DNA from: a virus | Length of the DNA stretch: 64,000 bases | Reading direction: 5' to 3' (one strand) | Virus record (IMG/VR): IMGVR_UViG_3300025151_000018 | Span: 36,889-100,888 of that record | Notes under the pieces: model-generated | Told to the model about the DNA's origin: nothing | Database searches by the model: none | Seen by the model: only the letters and a program-made list of their open reading frames with translations | In this document: in pieces, positions 57,358 through 64,000 of the stretch | Position numbering within the stretch: the first letter of the stretch is position 1 | How the letters are laid out: each line of letters starts with the position of its first letter | Translations under genes and position numbers: made by a program

Positions 57358-60300
57358 CAGTCCTCATCCTCCAATTCCTTATCCCTTTCTCTTTGCTTCA
57401 ACTCTATATCTAATTCACGCCAATTGTGAAAACCTGCTTCTTCAAGTCGCCTATCAGCAATCTCACTAAGTATATCGGTTAAATTCTTTCGCTGATACCG
57501 TGTGTTTGGGTCATCACTTGCAGGGTTTTCCAATTGTTGCACATAACTATCTAAATCCCAATCATCAGAAACACGGCTTGCCCTTTGCTTAAACTCGCTA
57601 TCATGCGGTTCACCACCAAACGCAGGGAACATTTCACGCTCTTTTTCAGTCATCTCATCTGTTGGCTTTCTTCCATCAAAAGTTTCTTCATCTTCTTCAG
57701 GAGTCCAAACTTCTCTATCATACTCTGAATCCATGAATGCTTGAGCAATAGCCCTGCTAACAGGGTCATACTTGTGCCTCCTTTCAGCACCTGCTTTTTG
57801 TGGTTGGTATCTGGGTTTTTTACTCTTTAATCCAAAGAATAAGCCACCATCTTCTGTTCCTGTATAATAATCATCATGTCCTTTAATGTAGTATTTGTTA
57901 TATGCTTCGTTGAACGGTATTCCTTCTTTTTCAGCCATTTCAGATATATAGGACACAATATCTAAATCATCAAAGCGATTGACATTTGCTCTCATATCTG
58001 TGTAATCACTACCAGAATCTCTGCGATTGCGCCTGAAGGCATCTCCTTTTTCTGATAGTGGTTTCCATCTATCAGCCGACTCCAAACCTACATTTCTCAT
58101 AGCCGACATTGGTTTCCCTGCTAATGGGTGAGGAATTAACTGTTCCTCAATTGGTTCATACTGATCTCTTTCATAACTACCAATTCTGTCATACAGGTTT
58201 GTTAATTCACCTGTCAAGTCATACTCTGACATTTCTTTATCATCATAACGGCCTGTTCTTGTTTGATGTGGCAAACCATCTTCCTCTATATTCCATTCTT
58301 TGCCCTTGTATGTTCTTTTCATTGAGGGTAATTTGTATTTTAGATTGCGACCATCATAATTTTCTTTCAATTCCAATGCTTCTTTTGGTATCAGTCCGTA
58401 TTGTAATGATGGGAACAAATTGTAAATGGTTTGCAAATCTCTTGGGGTTTTTTCGGGGAAGCGTTCATCACGGTATCTCCCTCTTCCCGTATAATACTCG
58501 TTATATGCGTCAAGAACCTCTTTGTGTTCTGGATTGTTTTCGGGGTCAAACTCAACAAACTCCATGTCAGATCGCATCATATCAGGGAATACCTTTGGCC
58601 TGTTTAGATTCATTATATCATCTTCAATGCCTAATTCTTTCGCATAATCAATCAATTCTTGCTGAATAGCAGCCCTTTTTTGCGTTATGTCGTCAATTAC
58701 CGCTTGCTCTTTCGGACCGGGTTTCTTGTAATCTTTATCCCATTTCCAAGGATAGCCATCGTTGTAATCTTCTCTTATTGCCTCAATCATTGCTGGATTA
58801 CGATGATGATAGGATAACTCCGAACTATAATCCATGCTATCAATGTATTCATCTCGCATATTCGCCCACTTTGAATACAATTTGTAGTATGGGTTCTCTT
58901 TATTATAATCCTCTCTGAACCCGGCTGGCTTTTGTAATAACCCTAATTGACTCATTCGCCTCAATTCGGGTTTCATTGGACTATCGCCATAAGCCCCCAT
59001 ATCTTCATCCCATAAATCAAATGACATAGGATAATACCTCATATTCATTGGTCGCCAATCTTGAACATAGCCATAATCTGGGTCTTTCCAATCCCTGTCA
59101 TCTCCGATTAGTCTGGTTTGGTCGCCCACTTGACCTGCCAATATCCTTCTCAACTGCAAACGCCCAATTTCGCCCTTTACATTGTCTGGTAAATCGGCAA
59201 TCGTCTTAGGAACAGGGGCATTACCTGCTAAAACATCTTTGAAGTGATTGTCTAATGCCGACATAGCCTCCGAAGTAAATTCTTCGGCCATCTTTTTCCT
59301 TCTCGGTCCTGTATTTTCGTCATAATAGGTGGATGGAGTCATACCTGTCGGGTCAGTAGCATAAGCCCCAGATTCGTCTAAAATTCCCGCACCCTGTTGC
59401 AAGATTGCATTTCTTAGGTTTCTGTATATGCGTTCCTGTGGTGGCAGTAGTAATCTTTCAGCGTCAGGGTTTCTGACAGGTTGCCAATCTGATTCAGACA
59501 TTTCACCCAAAAGTGGCATTCCGGGTTTCCTTTCAGGAGGCACACCCATGATTCTTCTCAACTCACTTGGCCTTCTCCCACCTTTCCTTTTCGGGTTTAG
59601 GTCTTTTGCCATTCTTTGTGCGTTAATTGGATTTTCAATGCCCCACTTCTTTTGCGCCCTTGCAACCGCTTCAAGATAGGCTCTCCTTTCGGCTTGCTCA
59701 ACATCACGGTGATGAAGCCACTTAGCAGCAGCATATTCAGGATTAAACGGAAATTCTGTGGTGTATGCAGCCTTTTCATGCCATGCACTTCTGGTGCTTT
59801 TATCACTAAACCTATTTGGGAATGGTTGTCTTGGTTCTCTCATTCTTGCCCTTGCAAATGCAGGATCGTCTAACATTCGTGCCATTACTCTTGACTTTTC
59901 ATCACTTGACATTCCTGAAAATATACTTGAGGGGTCTTGCGTGAAATACTTAGAATATAACTCATCTTGTGTTGCTACATGGCCTGTTTCGTGGTCGGCA
60001 GTATCAATAATATCAGGTATCGCTTCACCTTCAAAGTCTTTCAGCCTTTCATTATATGATTCAATAAAATCATCAATTTCATCTTGATCGTAATCCATTC
60101 CATCAAAAGAGCCATCTAATCTTGGGTCATCTGGTGCGCCTCTTGTGGTTCTCCACCCAGATCCTTCGGCAAATGGTCGCAAATATGTGAAATCTCTCCC
60201 TGATCTTGGGCTAAGATAGCGAACCACATCCGTTCCACCGATGATTTCTCCCGTTGGCTTGCCTTCATCATCACGGATTCTTTTGCCACCTACATTGTCG

Positions 60301-60491
60301 GTTCTTGTTTCCCACCCTTCTGGTAAATTATCTGGGTCAAAGTCAGGGGGCAATGCTTGAACCATTGGGAAATCTCTTGCCGATGCTCTTGCATACCCCA
60401 AATAATCGCCACCACCTTTTTCTTTGAATGGTCGCACAAGAAAATCGGACTTAGTGATGATTTTTCTTGCGGTTGAAGGTGAAATACCCAT
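57357..60491 (-). CDS. large charged protein with HExxH metallopeptidase-like motif
   Basis: Likely start MGISP (TGATG overlap at 60491); TADHETGHVA...AWHEKAAY. Confidence 0.6.
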   Translation of the reverse strand: MGISPSTARKIITKSDFLVRPFKEKGGGDYLGYARASARDFPMVQALPPDFDPDNLPEGWETRTDNVGGKRIRDDEGKPTGEIIGGTDVVRYLSPRSGRDFTYLRPFAEGSGWRTTRGAPDDPRLDGSFDGMDYDQDEIDDFIESYNERLKDFEGEAIPDIIDTADHETGHVATQDELYSKYFTQDPSSIFSGMSSDEKSRVMARMLDDPAFARARMREPRQPFPNRFSDKSTRSAWHEKAAYTTEFPFNPEYAAAKWLHHRDVEQAERRAYLEAVARAQKKWGIENPINAQRMAKDLNPKRKGGRRPSELRRIMGVPPERKPGMPLLGEMSESDWQPVRNPDAERLLLPPQERIYRNLRNAILQQGAGILDESGAYATDPTGMTPSTYYDENTGPRRKKMAEEFTSEAMSALDNHFKDVLAGNAPVPKTIADLPDNVKGEIGRLQLRRILAGQVGDQTRLIGDDRDWKDPDYGYVQDWRPMNMRYYPMSFDLWDEDMGAYGDSPMKPELRRMSQLGLLQKPAGFREDYNKENPYYKLYSKWANMRDEYIDSMDYSSELSYHHRNPAMIEAIREDYNDGYPWKWDKDYKKPGPKEQAVIDDITQKRAAIQQELIDYAKELGIEDDIMNLNRPKVFPDMMRSDMEFVEFDPENNPEHKEVLDAYNEYYTGRGRYRDERFPEKTPRDLQTIYNLFPSLQYGLIPKEALELKENYDGRNLKYKLPSMKRTYKGKEWNIEEDGLPHQTRTGRYDDKEMSEYDLTGELTNLYDRIGSYERDQYEPIEEQLIPHPLAGKPMSAMRNVGLESADRWKPLSEKGDAFRRNRRDSGSDYTDMRANVNRFDDLDIVSYISEMAEKEGIPFNEAYNKYYIKGHDDYYTGTEDGGLFFGLKSKKPRYQPQKAGAERRHKYDPVSRAIAQAFMDSEYDREVWTPEEDEETFDGRKPTDEMTEKEREMFPAFGGEPHDSEFKQRASRVSDDWDLDSYVQQLENPASDDPNTRYQRKNLTDILSEIADRRLEEAGFHNWRELDIELKQRERDKELEDED

Positions 60492-61093
60492 CAAATATCC
60501 CCCTTTTGTAGCATATCCCATGTAATTTCAAAGGCATCTGATGAAGCATAGAAGCCCATGTCCTGTGATGCTTGGTCTGTTGGCAAACTCGCCTCCGAGC
60601 ATTTATCCCATGCTTCAAGCACACGGTTTGCAAGAGAATCTTCCCATGAATGATTGGATCGTGGGCTATTTGGGTTCATACCCGGCCTTGTTAGACTCCG
60701 CCTCCCATACATGAAGGCGTAGCCCTCTGCATCAAACCTGTTCTCTAAAGATTGGCGGAACTCTTCACAGGACATAGCCTCATACATTTCCAAAATACGG
60801 AGTCCTCCATCGGGATCGTTTGTATAGGTGCTATCACCCCATCCCTCCACTAAACCTTCACGCCACATTTCCTTTGCTTCGCCACAACATGGGTCATTTC
60901 CCATGTCTGTTTGTGTCATATCGGGCATAACATCATCATCGGGCATGAGTATTTCTCGCACCTTAAATGCCAAGTCTGGATCCTCAAGTGTTCTTTGAGG
61001 CTCAAACAAATCAAGAGGTTGAGATGCCTCTGGATTTATATTGATTCTTGGCGAGCCGTTAGGTCTTTCATACCTAAAGTTTCCACTCACCAT
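60491..61093 (-). CDS. hypothetical protein with C-terminal tag variant
   Basis: GGGGTGA RBS; DPCC...MSCEEF...WDKC; ends DAFEITWDMLQKGDI. Confidence 0.6.
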   Translation of the reverse strand: MVSGNFRYERPNGSPRININPEASQPLDLFEPQRTLEDPDLAFKVREILMPDDDVMPDMTQTDMGNDPCCGEAKEMWREGLVEGWGDSTYTNDPDGGLRILEMYEAMSCEEFRQSLENRFDAEGYAFMYGRRSLTRPGMNPNSPRSNHSWEDSLANRVLEAWDKCSEASLPTDQASQDMGFYASSDAFEITWDMLQKGDI

Positions 61094-61222
61094 GCTTCAC
61101 CCCAAAGCATACCAACCCTTTAGGGTTTTTATGATAGACTTGTGATATATCGCTAAAATATCACCTTGTTAATGTTGTCATTTGTGTCAAGGTTAATATG
61201 TATGGTCGGCTCGCATAGGTTC

Positions 61223-62755
61223 ATGCAAGGCCAACCCGTCTTTATCATGCAGCAGGGAACAACACAGGAACAAGGGAGAACCGCCCAAACTAACAATATC
61301 GCAGCAGCGAAGGCAGTTGCACAAGCGGTTCGCACCACTTTAGGACCAATGGGTATGGATAAAATGCTCGTTGATGAAAGTGGAGATGTGATTATTACCA
61401 ATGACGGTGCTACAATCCTTGAAGAGATTGATATTGAGCATCCAACGGCTAAAATGATTATTCAAATCGCCAAAACACAGGAACAGGAATGTTATGATGG
61501 CACTACATCAGCAGTTATTGTATCTGGCGAGTTGCTAAAGAAGTGCGAGGGGTTGATCGAGCAAGATATACACCCAACCACCATTTGCAGGGGGTTGAGA
61601 AAGGGTCTGGTCTTTATATTAGAAAAATTGAAAGACTACGAGATTGCCGACATTGACCTTGACAAAATTGCCAAAACTGCCCTTACAGGTAAATCGGCTG
61701 ACTCGTTTAAGGACATTATATCTGACATTTGCGTTAATGCGGTGATGAATACCGACAGTCTTGAGGAAATTCGCATCTCAAAAGCACTTGGTGGGTCAGC
61801 AGAGGACAGTATTATCCTTGATGGCATCATCATAGACAAGGAAAGATGCCACCCTGCTATGCCAACATACCTAAAAAAGCCGTTTATAGGGCTAATTGAC
61901 AGTAATTTGGGTGTAAAACAGACAGAAATTGATGCAAACATACAAATTACCGATCCTGCACAGATTGAGGCGTTTTTGGCTAAGGAAGAAGCCGAATTAC
62001 AGGCTATGGCAGAGAAATTCCATGCTGAAAAGGTCAATGTAGTGCTATGTCAGCGTGAAATTGATGATTTAGTCAAGTATCACTTCGCAAAATTGGGTAT
62101 TTTGGCTCTTGAGAAGGTCAATAAGACCGATATGGAGGCAGTAGCGTCAGCATCTGGTGCTACAATCATCAATAATGTCAAAGATTTGAATACTGACGCA
62201 TTAGGTTCGTTTAATTTGGCTGAACAGGAAACACTTGGCGAGTTGCCAATCCTAAAACTGTCAAATGGAGTCAATGCAGCCACTACTGTGCTACTGCGTG
62301 GCCCTACTACACACTTTGTTGATGAAATTGAAAGAGCATTTGACGATGCTTCGGGTGTTGTTAGCGTTGCACAATCCGATTCTGTTGTCCTTGCAGGTGG
62401 TGGATCCACCTATACAGGCTTATCCAACAACCTTGCAGCCCATGCAAAGACTGTATCAGGCCGTGAAGGTATGGCAATCCTTGCTATGGCGGAGGCACTT
62501 GAGGCAATTCCACGCACTTTGGCAGAAAACGCAGGGCTTGACCCCGTTGATGAGATGATGGCTTTGCATAAAGCACATGATAAGGGCAAAAAGTATCACG
62601 GAATTAACATTGAAGTCGGTGGTGCTATTGATATGCGTAGTCTGGGAGTCTTTGAGCCTAAGCGAGTTGTTGAACAGGCACTAAAGTCAGCAGTTGAAAC
62701 CGCAATCATGGTTCTCCGCATTGACGATATTATATCTTCAAAGAAGCGTGATTAA
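61223..62755 (+). CDS. ths: thermosome (group II chaperonin) subunit
   Basis: QPVFIM N-terminus, [29 protein letters not shown], helical-protrusion [22 protein letters not shown]. Likely start ATG 61223 with TTAATAT about 24 nt upstream. Confidence 0.95.
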   Translation: MQGQPVFIMQQGTTQEQGRTAQTNNIAAAKAVAQAVRTTLGPMGMDKMLVDESGDVIITNDGATILEEIDIEHPTAKMIIQIAKTQEQECYDGTTSAVIVSGELLKKCEGLIEQDIHPTTICRGLRKGLVFILEKLKDYEIADIDLDKIAKTALTGKSADSFKDIISDICVNAVMNTDSLEEIRISKALGGSAEDSIILDGIIIDKERCHPAMPTYLKKPFIGLIDSNLGVKQTEIDANIQITDPAQIEAFLAKEEAELQAMAEKFHAEKVNVVLCQREIDDLVKYHFAKLGILALEKVNKTDMEAVASASGATIINNVKDLNTDALGSFNLAEQETLGELPILKLSNGVNAATTVLLRGPTTHFVDEIERAFDDASGVVSVAQSDSVVLAGGGSTYTGLSNNLAAHAKTVSGREGMAILAMAEALEAIPRTLAENAGLDPVDEMMALHKAHDKGKKYHGINIEVGGAIDMRSLGVFEPKRVVEQALKSAVETAIMVLRIDDIISSKKRD

Positions 62756-62874
62756 GCCTCAAACACTTTACTGTAAATCCAAGCGATTGGTAGCAGTATG
62801 ATCAGTATTGGGATTAGAATCAAGCCACCCAGAGCCATTAGTGCGAGCAACCATAATGGTTTATTTTCATTCAT
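62752..62874 (-). CDS. 40-aa single-TM microprotein (below ORF-track cutoff)
   Basis: [40 protein letters not shown]; start overlaps the upstream gene end and the ORF exactly fills the gap. Confidence 0.55.
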   Translation of the reverse strand: MNENKPLWLLALMALGGLILIPILIILLPIAWIYSKVFEA

Positions 62875-64000
62875 CTTTAACCCCAAACATTCGCTCATAT
62901 CTAACAGGGAGGCGTTCTGACATAATTTCTTTCACATTACGGACATCTTGAATCCAATTTTCAACATGATCTGCCGTCAATGGTTCAAATTCCCCACTTT
63001 CCATTGGGTGATAATTCTCCCACCAACCATCTTCTGTTGGTGGCATAAGCACACTACCCTGTGTGACCTCACGCATACCAGATGAATGCCCTCTATCATC
63101 AGGCAGCCAAGGAGTCAAAGCATCATGCCCCATATCGCCCAATAGCACATTCATTGGTGATAAACCACCCAAATCTTTCATTCGCCAATCTAATTCCTGT
63201 AATATCTCTGGATCTTCCATCCAATCTCCGTAAAAATCATGTTCATCATCACGACCCCAACCATGCCGTTGAACAATAGGGGAGTCTTGTAAATATCGGT
63301 AAAGATTTTCGGTGTAGTAAGGTTTGATTGTGTTTTCATGCTTACCATCTTTCAAATCTTCAAAATTAGACCAATAAGAACCGGGTGAATAACTCTCTTT
63401 GCGTGGATTATCTGCGGTGTAGTAGCGTGTGAATATATCAGCATAGTGTTTTGCTTTGTCGTCATCGGATATAGGGTCATTCCATTCTGGTCGCATAACT
63501 ATGGGGGGTTCTCTATTGATATTTCCACTATACAATTTATCACGAGGGCTTTGCACTTCTCTCCAAGTATCTTTTCCGCCTTCTGCTAACACATTGTTCA
63601 ATAAAGTCATAGAAGCATCTCTAAACTTGGGTGAAGTAATAAGTGGCTTCTTTGGTTTTGGTATATACACCATTTGACTTTTATCATCATTTTCTCTCAA
63701 ATACTCTTGAATCCCTAATAATTCCTTTTCTGTGCTACCCCTATACATCGGGTCAAACGGGCCACCGTGATAATATGTTCCTGAAACACCTGTTCCAGAT
63801 CCTCTGCCGGGCAACATTTCATGGTGTGTGGGCCGATAACCACCAATCTTGGGATTTATTTCTGTGTCTAAAAATCTTCCATGTTCTTCATTCCATTTTT
63901 TGCCATAGATAGGAACGGCCTCTGTGACCGCAGGTGCAGCAAGGTCAAATCCGTGAACCCGGAAGCCCTCACCCCAATTCTTGACAATATCCCAAGCGGT
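62867..64000 (-). CDS. hypothetical protein, N-terminus beyond window, carries tag (..TAWDIVK)
   Basis: The frame of the 316-aa ORF stays open for 61 more codons to position 64000, beginning TAWDIVKNWGEG. Confidence 0.65.
   Translation of the reverse strand, partial: TAWDIVKNWGEGFRVHGFDLAAPAVTEAVPIYGKKWNEEHGRFLDTEINPKIGGYRPTHHEMLPGRGSGTGVSGTYYHGGPFDPMYRGSTEKELLGIQEYLRENDDKSQMVYIPKPKKPLITSPKFRDASMTLLNNVLAEGGKDTWREVQSPRDKLYSGNINREPPIVMRPEWNDPISDDDKAKHYADIFTRYYTADNPRKESYSPGSYWSNFEDLKDGKHENTIKPYYTENLYRYLQDSPIVQRHGWGRDDEHDFYGDWMEDPEILQELDWRMKDLGGLSPMNVLLGDMGHDALTPWLPDDRGHSSGMREVTQGSVLMPPTEDGWWENYHPMESGEFEPLTADHVENWIQDVRNVKEIMSERLPVRYERMFGVKDE

Noticed and set aside
63380-63790. YYHGG...GSYWS in the last ORF as a second ART domain
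   Set aside because: Too little motif support by eye; needs structure prediction.
1-64000. tRNA/rRNA genes, integrase, transposase, reverse transcriptase
   Set aside because: None recognised; intergenic gaps are nearly all too short, though tRNAscan was not run.

Overview
This window is part of a tailed dsDNA virus genome (HK97-fold head, long non-contractile tail) that very probably infects an archaeon. It has a group II chaperonin, GGTGA-type ribosome-binding sites and TATA boxes about 25 nt before ATG starts. The gene content fits the Marine Group II (Poseidoniales) 'magrovirus' type, which is an inference. Nearly all genes are on the - strand. From right to left they run: accessory/cargo genes, a membrane plus Arf-like GTPase module, a probable terminase small subunit, low-complexity proteins, TerL, portal, head proteins, prohead protease, MCP, head-tail connectors, tail tube, tail chaperone with a -1 frameshift, tape measure, and giant LamG-type tail proteins. 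The last tail protein (>2200 aa) runs off the left edge and is missing from the ORF track. Only the thermosome, HMG-CoA lyase and one unknown gene are on the + strand. The most striking unexplained signal is a short shared peptide tag, A-F-x-x-[GA]-W-[SAD]-[IVM]-[LVI]-K, in about 8 otherwise unrelated proteins (including an ART-like protein). It ends in the same hydrophobic-x-K motif that punctuates the MCP, protease and head proteins, which suggests a capsid-loading plus maturation-cleavage system for injected cargo. The second is an Arf-like small GTPase embedded in a block of membrane-protein genes. All calls are by eye from motifs and synteny; no searches were run.
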